DNA of 64,000 nucleotides from Eledone cirrhosa (GCA_964016885.1 OZ024765.1:13702001-13766000); one strand, 5' to 3'. Positions 1-13,210 are shown, counted from the first letter of the stretch. The notes: generated by a model from the sequence alone, not told the origin. Numbers and translations are program-made.

Positions 1-2525
1 TATGGCGTGGACTGTGTTTTTTGTCGTGACACCTACATGACCTCATTACAGCGTGGACTGTGTTTTTTGTCGTGACACCTACACGACCTCATTACAGTGT
101 GGACTGTGTTTTTTGTCGTGACACCTACACGACCTCATTACAGTGTGGACTGTGTGTTTTGTCGTGACACCTACACGACCTCATTACAGTGTGGACTGTG
201 TTTTTTGTCGTGACACCTACACGACCTCATTACAGTGTGGACTGTGTTTTTTGTCGTGACACCTACATGACCTCATTACAGTGTGGACTGTGTTTTTTGT
301 CGTGACACATACACAACCTCATTACAGCGTGGACTGTGTGTTTTTTGTCGTGACACCTACACGACCTCATTACAGCGTGGACTGTGTGTTTTTTGTCGTG
401 ACACCTACACGACCTCATTACAGCGTGGACTGTGTGTATTTTGTTGTGACACCTACACGACCTCATTACAGCGTGGACTGTGTGTATTTTGTCGTGACAC
501 CTACACGGCCACATTACAGCGTGGACTGTGTGTTTTTTGTCGTGACACCTACACGACCTCATTACAGTGTGGTCTGTGTGTTTTTTGTCGTGACACCTAC
601 ACGACCTCATTACAGCGTGGACTGTGTGTTTTTTGTCGTGACACCTACACGGCCACATTACAGCGTGGACTGTGTGTTTTTTGTCGTGACACCTACACAA
701 CCTCATTACAGCGTGGACTGTGTGTTTTTTGTCGTGACACCTACACGACCTCATTACAGCGTGGACTGTGTGTATTTTGTTGTGACACCTACACGACCTC
801 ATTACAGCGTGGACTGTGTGTATTTTGTCGTGACACCTACACGGCCACATTACAGCGTGGACTGTGTGTTTTTTGTCGTGACACCTACACGACCTCATTA
901 CAGTGTGGACTGTGTGTTTTTTGTCGTGACACCTACACGACCTCATTACAGCGTGGACTGTGTGTTTTTTGTCGTGACACCTACACGGCCACATTACAGC
1001 GTGGACTGTGTGTTTTTTGTCGTGACACCTACACGACCCCATTACAGCGTGGACTGTGTGTTTTTTGTCGTGACACCTACACGGCCACATTACAGCGTGG
1101 ACTGTGTGTTTTTTGTCGTGACACCTACACGGCCACATTACAGCGTGGACTGTGTGTTTTTTGTTGTGACACCTACACGGCCACATTACAGCCTGGACTG
1201 TGTGTATTTTGTCGTGACACCTACACGGCCTCATTACAGCGTGGACTGTGTGTTTTTTGTTGTGATACCGACACGGCCACATTACAGCGTGGACTGTGTG
1301 TTTTTTGTCGTGACACCTACACGGCCTCATTACAGCGTGGACTGTGTGTTTTTTGTTGTGACACCGACACGGCCACATTACAGCGTGGACTGTGTGTTTT
1401 TTGTCGTGACACCTACACGGCCTCATTACAGCGTGGACTGTGTGTTTTTTGTTGTGACACCGACACGGCCACATTACAGCGTGGACTGTGTGTTTTTTGT
1501 CGTGACACCTACACGGCCACATTACAGCGTGGACTGTGTGATTTTTGTCGTGACACCTACACGACCTCATTACAGTGTGGACTGTGTGTTTTTTGTCGTG
1601 ACACCTACACGACCTCATTACAGCGTGGACTGTGTGTTTTTTGTCGTGACACCTACACGGCCACATTACAGCGTGGACTGTGTGTTTTTTGTCGTGACAC
1701 CTACACGACCTCATTACAGCGTGGACTGTGTGTTTTTTGTCGTGACACCTACACGGCCACATTACAGCGTGGACTGTGTGTTTTTTGTCGTGACACCTAC
1801 ACGGCCACATTACAGCGTGGACTGTGTGTTTTTTGTTGTGACACCTACACGGCCACATTACAGCCTGGACTGTGTGTATTTTGTCGTGACACCTACACGG
1901 CCTCATTACAGCGTGGACTGTGTGTTTTTTGTTGTGACACCGACACGGCCACATTACAGCGTGGACTGTGTGTTTTTTGTCGTGACACCTACACGGCCTC
2001 ATTACAGCGTGGACTGTGTGTTTTTTGTTGTGACACCGACACGGCCACATTACAGCGTGGACTGTGTGTTTTTTGTCGTGACACCTACACGGCCTCATTA
2101 CAGCGTGGACTGTGTATTTTTTGTTGTGACACCGACACGGCCACATTACAGCGTGGACTGTGTGTTTTTTGTCGTGACACCTACACGGCCACATTACAGC
2201 GTGGACTGTGTGTTTTTTGTCGTGACACCTACACGACCTCATTACAGCGTGGACTGTGTTTTTTGTCGTGACACCTACACGACCTCATTACAGCGTGGAC
2301 TGTGTTTTGTTGTGACACCTACACGGCCACATTACAGCCTGGACTGTGTGTTTTTTGTTGTGACACCTACACGGCCACATTACAGCCTGGACTGTGTGTT
2401 TTTTGTTGTGACACCTACACGACCTCATTACAGCGTGGATTGTGTGTTTTTTGTTGTGACACCTACACGACCTCATTACAGCGTGGATTGTGTGTTTTTT
2501 TGTCGTGACACCTACACGACCTCAT
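1..2525. repeat. 48-bp minisatellite (~53 copies, first few 46 bp; runs off left edge), expanded inside an RTE-LINE 3'UTR copy
   Basis: Unit gtggactgtgtgttttttgtcgtgacacctacacgacctcattacagc, with starts at 329 and 377. The right flank 2521-2670 matches the reverse complement of the RTE 3'UTR at 40741-40890. Confidence 0.95.
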
Positions 2526-2672
2526 TTACTTTGGACTGGATGTTGTGGTACCAACATAACTTTACACAGAGAAAGGGGTGATGTTGGTGGGAGTGGGAGG
2601 ATGGAGTAAGGGTAGTGGGTTGGGGTGCATGTTTGGTTTGGAGGGGCCTACTGACTGTAGGTTTCGCTTTAT
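2526..2672 (-). mobile_element. RTE-LINE 3'UTR (upstream part), flanking the 48-bp array
   Basis: ggactggatgttgtggtaccaacataactttac...cctactgactgtagg matches revcomp of 40745-40875 and matches 55970-56100. Confidence 0.85.
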
Positions 2673-2977
2673 AGTTATACATACATATATATATATAACA
2701 GTAATGTGTAAGTTTCAACAAGCACATTAACCCCATCCCAGACCAGAGATCAATTCTTCACAGTAAAGTAAAGCCTAAATTCTCTTTCAATGTTTAGCAT
2801 TTAAATGGTTCATGCCTCCATTGATTACCATGCAAACTGCTTTTTTAGCCGGACATTACAAACTTTCAGTGCAAAAAGCTATTGAAAATTATAGAAGGAT
2901 CTATACATCACTAGTATCATCATCATCATCATCATCATCATCATTATCGCTACCACCTCCATCATTATTATCATTAT

Positions 2978-3153
2978 TGACAGTATCGGTAGAGGGTCGG
3001 ACACCGTGCTTTGATACATAGAGTTACGGCCCTTTCCATTCTGAGTTCAAATCCCGCCGAGGTTAACTTTATCTTTCATCCTTACGGAGTCTATAAGATA
3101 AAGTACCAGTAATACACTGGGTAATTTGCTGGCCTTGTGCTAAAAGTAGAAAC
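2978..3153 (+). mobile_element. tRNA-derived SINE, family A
   Basis: A-box-like cagtatcggtagag, B-box gagttcaaatcc, body ctttcatccttacgg..ataaagtaccagtaatacactgg, end ttgctggccttgtgc..agtagaaac. Many copies occur in the window. Confidence 0.85.
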
Positions 3154-3159
3154 AACAAC

Positions 3160-4720
3160 AACACCACCACCACCATCATCACCATCATCACCAACACCAT
3201 CGCAATCACCACCACCATTATCACCACCACTATCATCCCCATCACCACCACCATCACCACTATCATCACCACCACCATCATCACCACCACCACTATCATC
3301 ATCACCATCATCACCAACACCATCACAATCACCACCACCATCATCACCACCACTATCATCCCCATCACCACCACCATCACCACTATCATCATCACCACCA
3401 TCATCACCACCACCACCACCATCATCACCACCACTATCATCCCCATCACCACCATCACCACCACTATCACCACCATCACCACCACTATCACCACCATCAC
3501 CACCACCACTATCATCCCCATCACCACCACCATCACCACCATCATCACCACCACTATCATCCCCATCACCACCACCACCATCACTATCACCATCATCACC
3601 ACCACCACTATCATCATCACTATCATCCCCATCACCACCACCATCACCACCACTATCATCCCCATCACCACCACCATCATCATCACCACCATCATCACCA
3701 CCACCACCATTATCATCACCCCACCATCACCACTATCATCATCACCACCATCACCACCACCACTATCATCATCACCACCATCATCACCACCACTATCATC
3801 ACCACCACCACCATCACCACCACCATCATCACCACCACTATCATCACCATCACCCCACCATCACCACTATCATCATCACCACCATCATCACCACCACTAT
3901 CATCACCACCACCATCACCACCACCACTATCATCATCACCACCATCATCACCACCACTATCATCACCACCACCACCATCACCACCACCATCATCACCACC
4001 ACTATCATCACCATCACCCCACCATCACCACTATCATCATCACCACCATCATCACCACCACTATCATCACCACCACCATCACCACCACCACTATCATCAC
4101 CACCACCATCACCACCACTATCATCCCCATCACCACCACCATCACCACCATCATCACCACCACTATCATCATCACCACCATCATCACCACCACCACCATC
4201 ATCACCACCATCATCACCACCACTATCATCCCCATCACCACCACCATCACCATCACCACCACCATCCCCATCACCACCACCACCACCATCATCACCACCA
4301 CTATCATCATCCCCATCACCACCACCATCACCACCACTATCATCCCCACCACCACCACCACCACCATCATGATTAAATATATATATATACAGACTTTTGG
4401 AGCCCCCACAAAAATAGCTTTTGAAAATTATAGAAACATCTATGCATCAAACATCATCATCATCACCACCATAATCATCATCATTGTTAGCATCATCATC
4501 ATCATCACCACCATCACCATCATCATCATCATCATTGTTGGCATCATCACCACCATCACCACCATAATCATCATCATTGTTAGCATCATCATCATCATCA
4601 CCACCATAATCATCATCATTGTTAGCATCATCATCATCATCACCACCATCACCACCATCACCACCATCACCATCATCATCATCACCATCACCATCATCAC
4701 CACCACCCCTGCCACCACCA
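3160..4720. repeat. (CAC/CAT)n degenerate trinucleotide low-complexity tracts
   Basis: Near-pure acc/atc triplets; the ORFs are poly-Pro/Ser/His/Thr/Ile artefacts. Confidence 0.95.
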
Positions 4721-4978
4721 ACAGCATAATTATCCTGTATGATCGAGTCACGGTCATGCGACCCAACTTGCCTCTAAATGGGACCAAACCTGTCTAACCC
4801 ATGGTAGCATGGAAGATAGACATTAATCGATGATGATGATGTATATATGAGTCCCAGCTTCAATCGGGGGTAACCACAGTAAGTAAGGTACTCAATACAT
4901 TAGTAGAGTGTAAACATCGTTTAATTTAGAAATGGCTTCTATTTGTTGCTGTTCTTTTTGTACTTATTCTTGAGAGGG

Positions 4979-6045
4979 TCATGGGAGCAGAGTCCTTAAA
5001 CACTCCTTTAAGTGGGTCCTATCAGAAGCAACTGTCTCCAACTGATTCGGCTGGATCAACAAATGAGACCAGCCAAGCTCATGGATGTTATCCAACCATC
5101 TTCCTCGGGGTGGGTCTACCCCTGGGTCTCCTACCAGTTGGTTTTGCCCATAAAATTTACCCAACAATTCTTTCCTGAGACATTCTAACCACATGTCTGT
5201 AATATCAGAGCTATGATCTCTCAATTCAGAGAAGTAGCAGCTCTACCTGGAGTGACTCTCTGATCTCTGAGCTACAAATATGTCCAGTGATTCTTTCCTG
5301 AGTCATTCTAACCACATGTCCATAGCATCGGAGCTGTGATCTCTCAATTCAGAGAAGTAGCAGCTCTACCTGGAGTGACTCTCTGATCTCTGTGCTACAA
5401 ATCTGTCCTGTGATTCTTTCCTGAGATATTCTAACCACATGTCCATAGTATTGGAGCTGTGATCTCTCAATTCAGAGAAGTAGCAGCTCTACCTGGAGTG
5501 ACTCTCTGATCTCTGTGCTACAAATATGTCCTGTGATTCTTTCCTGAGATATTCTAACCACATGTCCATAGTATTTGAGCTGTGATCTCTCAATTCAGAG
5601 AAGTAGCAGCTCTACCTGGAGTGACTCTCTGATCTCTGAGCTACAAATATTCCAGTGATTCTTTCCTGACACATTCTAACCACATGTCCATAGTATTGGA
5701 GCTGTGATCTCTCAATTCAGAGAAGTAGCAGCTCTACCTGGAGTGACTCTCTGATCCAATGATTCTTTCCTGAAACATTCTAACCACATGTCCATAGCAT
5801 CGGAGCTGTGATCTCTCAATTCAGAGAAGTAGCATCTCTACCTGGAGTGACTCTCTGATCTCTGAGCTACAAATATGTCCAGTGATTCTTTCCTGACACA
5901 TTCTAACCACATGTCCATAGTATTGGAGCCGTGATCTCTCAATTTGGAGAAGTAGCAGCTCTACCTAGAGTGACTCTCTGATCTCTGTGCTACAAATCTG
6001 TCCTGTGATTCTTTCCTGAAACATTCTAGCCACATGTCCTCAAAT
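4979..6045 (-). mobile_element. RTE-clade (Rex3/Expander-like) LINE 3' fragment with internal 123-bp tandem expansion (~7 copies)
   Basis: Period 123 bp (5291 to 5414). The unit translates ~SEIRESLQVELLLL*IERSQLxYYGHVVRM, followed by PRGRWLDNIHEL, i.e. RTE ORF C-terminal motifs. Confidence 0.8.
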
Positions 6046-6224
6046 CACTGACACTCACAGAGGAGATAATGAAGAAACACGGTGACTGGAGAGATGCTGC
6101 GATGTGAAGGACCCGTCAAACCCATGCAAACGTAGAAAAGTAGACATAAAAATAATGATGATGATGTCCATTTACATTGAAAAATAAATCAAATTAAATT
6201 TAACAATATAACTAACTTTCTCAT

Positions 6225-7650
6225 TACTAAGCTGGTGTTTGGAACATAACTTAACAAAGCTTCTAACATAAAGTTATGATGCAAGGCTTTTAGATAAAAA
6301 TATACGCTTTAACCCTTTCATTACCATATTTCTAATGAAAGACACAGTCTTATTAAACTGGTGTTTGGAACATAACTTAACAAAGGTTCTTTCATAAAAT
6401 TATGATGGAAAGTTTTAAAATAAACATAAACACTTTAACTCTTTCATTACCATATTTCTAATGAAAAACACTGCCTATGGTTTTCAGATAATTTTTAAAA
6501 TATTTATCTGGTGTTTGGAACATGACTTAACAAAGGGTCTTATATAAAATTATGATGGAAGGTTTTTAGATAAATATAAACACTTTAGCTCTTTGATTAC
6601 TATAATTCTAATGAAAAACATTGTCTATGGTTTTCAAATCATTAAAAAATAATCAAGAATTGGGAAGCATTTAGTAATATAACTCACTTTCTAAGTATTA
6701 ACCTAGTATTTGGAACATAACTTAACAATGGTTCTTACATAAAATCATGAGGGGATATTTTTAGATAAATACAAACACTTTAACCATTTCATTTTGATGC
6801 CACAACAAAGAAGCACCCAGTCCACCCTGTACTGTCATCATACTGTAGTGCCACAAATGAATAGTTAAGACTATAAAACCAGGAGTTTATGGCGAGGTTG
6901 TCACCACAAGGGTTAATAAAAGTTTCTACATAAAATTTTGATGAAAGATTTTTACCTAAATATAAACATTTTAAAGCAGTTTTGTATCATAAAACCAGGG
7001 ACAGTTTTTGAGTTTGGTATTAAAAGGTTTAGCAATGGTTCTTATATAAAATTATGATTTTATGATAGAACCAGAAGTGATTTGGAACATAACTTAACAC
7101 AGGTTATTACATAAAATTATGGAGGAAGGTTTTTAGATAAATATAAACATATTAAAATAAAGATTCTTGTATCAGAACCAGAGGTGGTTTGGAACATAAC
7201 TTAACCAGGTTGTTACATAAAATTATGGTGGAAGGTTTTTAGATAAATATAAACATCTTAAAATAAAGAGTCTTGTATCAGAACCAGAGGTGGTTTGGAA
7301 CATAACTTAACACAGGTTGTTACATAAAATTATGGTGGAAGGTTTTTAGATAAATATAAATATATTAAAATAATGAGTCTTGTATCAGAACCAGAGGTGG
7401 TTTGGAACATAACTTAACACAGGTTGTTACATAAAATTATGGTGGAAGGTTTTTAGATAAATATAAACATCTTAAAATAAAGAGTCTTGTATCAGAACCA
7501 GAGGTGGTTTGGAACATAACTTAATGGTTCTTACATAAGATTATGATGGAAGGTTTTTACATAAATATAAACACTTTAAAATAAACAGTTTTGCATCATA
7601 AAACCAAGGATAGTTCTATTGTGCTAAGGTGGAGTTGGTATCAAAAGATA
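6225..7650. repeat. Degenerate tandem copies of an AT-rich MITE-like element, including a ~107-bp tandem array at 7081-7600
   Basis: Recurrent ggaacataacttaac..acataaaattatg..gaaggtttttagataaatataaaca, with starts at 7084, 7191, 7297, 7404 and 7511. ttaaccctt/aagggttaa ends are present. Related fragments lie at ~19080-19160, ~46410-46550 and ~58850-58900. Confidence 0.75.
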
Positions 7651-7770
7651 CAGGTACCTTAATATATAATATCTAGAGAACAGAGAAACAGAAATCTTTA
7701 TCATTGCCTCTCTCTAGTTTTTTCTGTTTCTCTACCCGAACTAATGATCAACAGGCCAAGAGTTCTGCTT
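7651..7770 (-). pseudogene. Decayed third copy of the 5'UTR/promoter-proximal region of the signal-peptide gene
   Basis: gaacagagaaacagaaatctttatc..tctctacccgaact..gatcaacaggcca aligns to 10408-10507; the ATG is lost. Confidence 0.6.
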
Positions 7771-7821
7771 CTGTGCTAAGGTGAGGCTGGTATAAAATAT
7801 CTACGAATGTTTTAAACTTAC

Positions 7822-8165
7822 CTGGGTAACTCACTGGAGACAGAGTGCAAAAAAATACACAACAGATAGGCGAGAGAAAGAAGTAATAACTGTTTCTACT
7901 TTTGGTACAAGGCCAGCAAATACTCAGTACATTACTGGTACTTTATTTTATCGACCCTGTAAGGATGGATAAAAGGCAAAGTTAACCATGGCGGGATTTG
8001 AACTCAGAACGTAAAGGGATGTAACTCTATGCTGCAAAGCATGACGTCCGACCCTCTACCGATACTGCCATTCACCGCTTTCCTTCTGTCCATGGTGGAA
8101 CAGAGAGACAGAAATCCTTATTATTCTCTCTGTCTGGGTTTCTCTCGCTCTCTCTGTCTTTTTAC
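7822..8165 (-). pseudogene. Duplicated signal-peptide first exon disrupted by a SINE insertion
   Basis: ttccaccATGGAC with ATG at 8093-8091, then a SINE (7890-8078) with an in-frame stop, then LLLLSLAYLLCIFLHSVSSELP ending AG|gtaagt at 7822/7821. Clear paralog of 10312-10403. Confidence 0.75.
7890..8078 (-). mobile_element. tRNA-derived SINE, family A
   Basis: Reverse complement of the family A consensus (ggcagtatcggtagag...gagttcaaatcc...agtagaaac). Confidence 0.85.
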
Positions 8166-9007
8166 CTTAACCCTTTAGCATTTAAACCAGCCATATCTGG
8201 GCAGAATTCTCTCACCTCTTTCTGTTAAAACCAACTGTAACCAGTTGCTCATACTTATGTTAAGGTATTGTTCTCAAAATAGATAACATCATCAAAATCT
8301 CATAGATTCGATATTATGTGAGATATACGAGGTAAAGCTTTTACCACAAAAATACAATAGTAAATATAGAGTAATGTAAAAGTTATGTGAGATATTATGT
8401 GAGGTAAAGCTTTTACTGTGAACATATGATAGTATATATAGAGTAATGTAAATATTATGTGAGATATTATGTGAGGTAAAGCCTTTACTGTGAAAATACA
8501 ATAGTATACATAGAGTAATGTAAATATTATGTGAGATATTATGTGAGGTAAAGCCTTTACTGTGAAAATACAATAGTATACATAGAGTAATGTAAATATT
8601 ATGTGAGATATTATGTGAGGTAAAGCCTTTACTGTGAAAATACAATAGTATATATAGAGTAATGTAAATATTATGTGAGATATTATGTGAGGTAAAGCCT
8701 TTACTGTGAAAATACAATAGTATACATAGAGTAATGTAAATGTTATGTGAGATATTATGAGGTAAAGCCTTTACCACAAAAAAACAACAGTATATATAGA
8801 GTAATGTAAATGTTATGTGAGATATTATGAGGTAAAGCCTTTACTGTGAAAATACAATAGTATATATAGAGTAATGTAACTGTTATGTGAGATATTATGT
8901 GAGGTAAAGCTTTCACCAGAAAAAATACAATAGTATATATAGTGTAATGTAAATGTTATGTGAGATATTATGTGAGGTAAAGCCTTTACTGTGAAAATAC
9001 AATAGTA

Positions 9008-9368
9008 TCATCATCATCATCATCATCATCATCATTTAACGTCCATTTTCCACGCTAGCATGGGTCTGGACGGGAATTGTCCCACTTGAGGCAAGATTGA
9101 TTGTCTTGCTCAGGACTGTCTGGTGGGTTTTCTACAGTTGGATGCCCTTCCTAACACCAACAACGTTTACAGTGTGGACTGGGAGGTTTTTACCGTGTTA
9201 CCTACACGACCACATTACAGCGTGGACTGTGTGTTTTATTGTCGTGACACCTACACGTCTGGCGGGTTTTCTACGGCTGGGTGCCCTTCCCAACACCAAC
9301 CACGTTTACAGTGTGTACTGGGAGGTTTTTACCATGTTACCTACACGGCCACATTACAGCGTGGACTA
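9008..9368 (-). mobile_element. RTE-LINE 3'UTR fragment with (GAT)n tail
   Basis: (cat)n followed by revcomp of the 40900-41245 sequence. Confidence 0.85.
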
Positions 9369-9587
9369 TGTATAGAGTAATGTAAATGTTATGTGAGATA
9401 TTATGTGAGGTAAAGCCTTTACTGTGAAAATACAATAGTATATATAGAGTAATGTAAATATTATGTGAGATATTATGTGAGGTAAAGCCTTTACCACAAA
9501 AATACAATAGTATATATAGAATAATGTAACTGTTATGTGAGATATTATGTGAGGTAAAGCTTTTACCACAAAAATACAACAGTATAA

Positions 9588-9888
9588 CATCATCATCATC
9601 ATCGTTTAACGTCCATCTTCCATGCTTGCATGGCTTTGGACGGGAATTTTCCCATTTGAGACAAGATTGGTTGTCTTGCTCGTATAGGACTGTCTGGCGG
9701 GTTTTCTATGGCTGGATGCCCTTCCTAACACCAACCACGTTTACAGTGTGGACTGGGAGGTTTTTACCGTGTTACCTACACGGCCACATTACAGCGTGGA
9801 CTGTGTGTTTTTTTGTCATGACACCTACCCGACCTCATTTATTTCGGACTGGATGTTGTGGTACCAACAACTTTACATTGAAAGGGGT
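9588..9888 (-). mobile_element. RTE-LINE 3'UTR fragment with (GAT)n tail
   Basis: (cat)n followed by revcomp of the 40825-41245 sequence. Confidence 0.85.
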
Positions 9889-10311
9889 ATATAGAGTAAT
9901 GTAAATGTTATGTGAGATATTATGTGAGGTAAAGCTTTTACCACAAAAATACAATAGTATATATAGAGTAATGTAAATGTTATGTGAGATATTATATGAG
10001 GTAAAGCTTTTACCACAAAAATACAATAGTATATATAGAGTAATGTAAATGTTATGTGAGATATTATGTGAGGTAAAGCCTTTACTGTGAAAATACAATA
10101 GTATATATAGAGTAATGTAAATGTTATGTGAGATATTATGTGAGGTAAAGCTTTTACCACAAAAATACAATAGTATATATAGAGTAATGTAAATATTATG
10201 TGAGATATTATGTGAGGTAAAGCCTTTACTGTGAAAATACAATAGTATATATAGAGTAATGTAAACGCTATAAGATTGCTTTTAAAATATCTCTGAATGT
10301 TTTAAACTTAC

Positions 10312-10403
10312 CTAGGTAGCTCACTGGAGACAGCGTGCAAAGAAATACTCAACAGATAGACGAAAGAAAGAAGTAATAATGTAGGTACTTTCAGTCCGTC
10401 CAT
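10312..10403 (-). CDS. First coding exon of a secreted-protein gene (signal peptide MDGLKVPTLLLLSFVYLLSISLHAVSSELP); gene continues off the left edge
   Basis: Kozak-like ccaccATGG, 30 codons + 2 nt, basic n-region, hydrophobic core, small-residue cleavage region (AVSS-E) and canonical AG|gtaagt donor at 10311. No exon 2 was found in the window. Confidence 0.75.
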
Positions 10404-10483
10404 GGTGGAACGGAGAGGCAGAAATCCTTATCGTTCTCTCTCTGGGTCCCTATGGGTCCCTCTGGCTCTCTATGTCTCTCTAC

Positions 10484-10525
10484 CAGAACTGCGGATCAAC
10501 AGGCCAGAGCCCTACTTAAGTTCAG
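10484..10525 (-). promoter_or_regulatory. Putative core promoter (TTAAGTA about 30 nt upstream of Inr-like GCAGTT)
   Basis: Minus strand cttaagtagggctctggcctgttgatccgcagttc lies ~85 nt upstream of the ATG. The spacing fits TATA/Inr but the TATA match is weak. Confidence 0.3.
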
Positions 10526-10639
10526 CGCTGGTTTATTAGACTATAATGTCAAATGTGGTGCCAGACAAAACCTTTTTATGAGAACAACTATTCAGACTGA
10601 TAACTTAGAACTGATTCCTTATACTGCTGGACAAGCTGG

Positions 10640-11815
10640 CTGGTTGGGTAGTCGGGTGGTGTGGGCGGGTGGTGTGGTAGGGTGGTGGGGTGGTTGATGT
10701 GGGTGGTTGGTGGTGAAAGTGGTTGGCGGGTTGGTGAGAGTGGTACTGTGATTGCGTGGCGGTGGTTTGTGAGGGTGGTTTGGGGGCTGGACTAGCTGGC
10801 TGGTGGGGTGGTTGGGTGGTTAATTGATAAGAGAGATTGGGTGGTGCGAGCAGTTGGTTGATGAGAGTGGTATGGGCGGTTGGTTGGTTGGGTGGTTGGT
10901 GGTAGTAGATGGTTGGGTGGTTAGTGAGTGGTTTGGGTGGTTAGTGAGTGGTTTGGCTGTTTAGTGAATGGTTTGGGTTGTTAGTGAGTGGTTTGGATGG
11001 TTGGTTATTGAGTGGTTTGGATGGTTGGGTGGTTTTGTGGCTAATAAAGGTGACTGTTTGAGTGGATGGTAAGGTTAGTTAGAAGATTGGATAAATGGCA
11101 AGGGTGGTTGAGGGTGCTGGTTAAAGAGGGTGATTAGCTGGCTGATAAAGGAGGTTGGGTGGTTTGAGGGGGTCGTTAACTAGCAGGTAAGGGGGGGTAG
11201 GATGGTTGGGTGGCTGGTAGAGTCATAGGTAAGGGTGGTTGTGTGGGTGGTTTAAAGGGATGGTTGGGTGGCTTGTAGAGTTGGCTGGTAGGGGTCGCTG
11301 GTCAGGGTGGTTGGGTGGCTGGGTGGTTAGTTTGAAGGGTGGTTGAGTGGTTGGCTGGCTGGGTGGTTGAGTGGTTGGGTGGTTGGGTGGCTGGGTGGTG
11401 GTTGGGTGGTGGTTGGGTGTTTGGGTGGTGCGTGGTTGGGTGGCTGGGTGGTTGGGTGGTTGGGTGATTGGTTGGTTGTGTGGTTGGTTCGGTGGTTGGC
11501 TGGGTGGCTAGGTGGTAGTTGGGTGGTGGCTGGGTGGTTGGGTGGTTGGATGGTGGCTGGGTTGTTGGTTGGGTGGTTGGCTGGGTGGCTAGGTGGTAGT
11601 TGGGTGGTGGCTGGGTGGTTGGGTGGTTGGATGGTGGCTGGGTTGTTGGTTGGGTGGTTGGCTGGGTGGCTAGGTGGTGGTTGGATGGTGGTTGGGTGGT
11701 GGCTGGGTGGTTGGGTGGTTGGGTGGCTGGGTGGGTGGTTGGGTGGCTTGTAACGGTAGTTAGGTGGTTAGTTGACTGGTAAGGGTGGTTGGTTTAATAG
11801 GGGTGGTTATCTGGT
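10640..11815. repeat. G/T-rich low-complexity tract (GGTT/GGGT/GGCT)n
   Basis: Dense GG/GGG runs; potential G-quadruplex-forming sequence upstream of the signal-peptide gene. Confidence 0.9.
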
Positions 11816-11994
11816 TAAAGTTATGTTTATTGATATTAGGAGGAAAGGAGGAGGGGTAGAATCTATAACCATTCAGATTATGCTGCTCGGACACCTGTAG
11901 CTGTATAGACACCTGTATAGCTTTCTATTGGTTCATACAACACTGATTTATATTGTCACATATATGGGCATAACAGAACAGAACTCTCTATAAA

Positions 11995-13210
11995 TATCTC
12001 TATATCCCCCTCACTGTCTATCTATCTATCTATCTATCCCCCTCACTGTCTGTCTATCTATCTATCTCTATATCCCCCTCACTGTCTGTCTATCTATCCC
12101 CCTCACTGTCTGTCTATCTATCCCCCTCACTGTCTATCTATCTATCCCCCTCACTGTCTGTCTATCTATCTATCCCCCTCACTGTCTATCTATCTATCCC
12201 CCTCACTGTCTGTCTATCTATCCCCCTCACTGTCTGTCTATCTATCTATCCCCCTCACTGTCTGTCTATCTATCCCCCTCACTGTCTATCTATCTATCCC
12301 CCTCACTGTCTGTCTATCTATCTATCCCCCTCACTGTCTGTCTATCTATCTATCCCCCTCACTGTCTGTCTATCTATCTATCCCCCTCACTGTCTGTCTA
12401 TCTATCCCCCTCACTGTCTATCTATCTATCCCCCTCACTGTCTGTCTATCTATCTATCCCCCTCACTGTCTGTCTATCTATCTATCCCCCTCACTGTCTG
12501 TCTATCTATCTATCCCCCTCACTGTCTGTCTATCTATCCCCCTCACTGTCTGTCTATCTATCTATCCCCCTCACTGTCTGTCTATCTATCTATCTATCTA
12601 TCCCCCTCACTGTCTGTCTATCTATCTATCCCCCTCACTGTCTGTCTATCTATCTATCTATCTATCCCCCTCACTGTCTGTCTATCTATCCCCCTCACTG
12701 TCTGTCTATCTATCTATCCCCCTCACTGTCTGTCTATCTATCTATCTCTATATCCCCCTCACTGTCTGTCTATCTATCCCCCTCACTGTCTATCTATCTA
12801 TCCCCCTCACTGTCTGTCTATCTATCTATCCCCCTCACTGTCTATCTATCTATCTATCCCCCTCACTAACTTTTTAAATTCCATTTGTGATAACATTTTA
12901 CACGTTTTTATTGTATGTAAACTTCCCCCTTTGTATTTGTCCCCTTCTTTTGTGCCCCTGTGGCTAATAAAGAAATATATCTATCCCCCTCACTGTCTGT
13001 CTATCTATCCCCCTCACTGTCTGTCTATCTATCTATCTCTATATCCCCCCTCACTGTCTGTCTATCTATCCCCCTCACTGTCTGTCTGTCTATCTATCTA
13101 TCCCCCTCACTGTCTATCTATCTATCTCTATATCCCCTCACTGTCTATCTATCTATCTATCCCTCTGCCTGTCTATCTATCTCTATATCCCCCTCACTGT
13201 CTGTCTCTAT
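11995..13210. repeat. Compound minisatellite cccctcactgtc(tgtc)(tatc)n, ~22-38 bp units
   Basis: Constant core with a variable TATC number; interrupted at ~12868-12980. Confidence 0.9.
12868..12980 (+). mobile_element. Tx1-clade LINE 3'UTR fragment
   Basis: ttgtatgtaaa..ttgtcccc..tgtgcccctgtggctaataaagaaatatatctatc matches the 3' ends at ~49600-49630, ~49845-49890 and ~52885-52925. Confidence 0.7.

Larger units (their letters stand above)
8167..10265 (+). mobile_element. piggyBac-type MITE with 72-bp internal VNTR expansion, interrupted by two RTE 3'UTR insertions
   Basis: Starts TTAACCCTTTAGCATTTAAA, like the intact ~230-bp copy at 58071-58299. Period is 72 bp (8461 to 8533). The right TIR is not seen. 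Confidence 0.8.

Noticed and set aside
263-2581. 660-770 aa repetitive ORFs in three frames
   Set aside because: A 48-bp unit that happens to lack stops in those frames; it derives from a LINE UTR, and the terminal 46-bp units break the frame.
3069-4797. Extensin-, His-rich or mucin-like ORFs
   Set aside because: Pure trinucleotide repeats, open on both strands, with no splice signals or domain context. The same applies to 12960-14769, 16688-17542 and 32047-33326.
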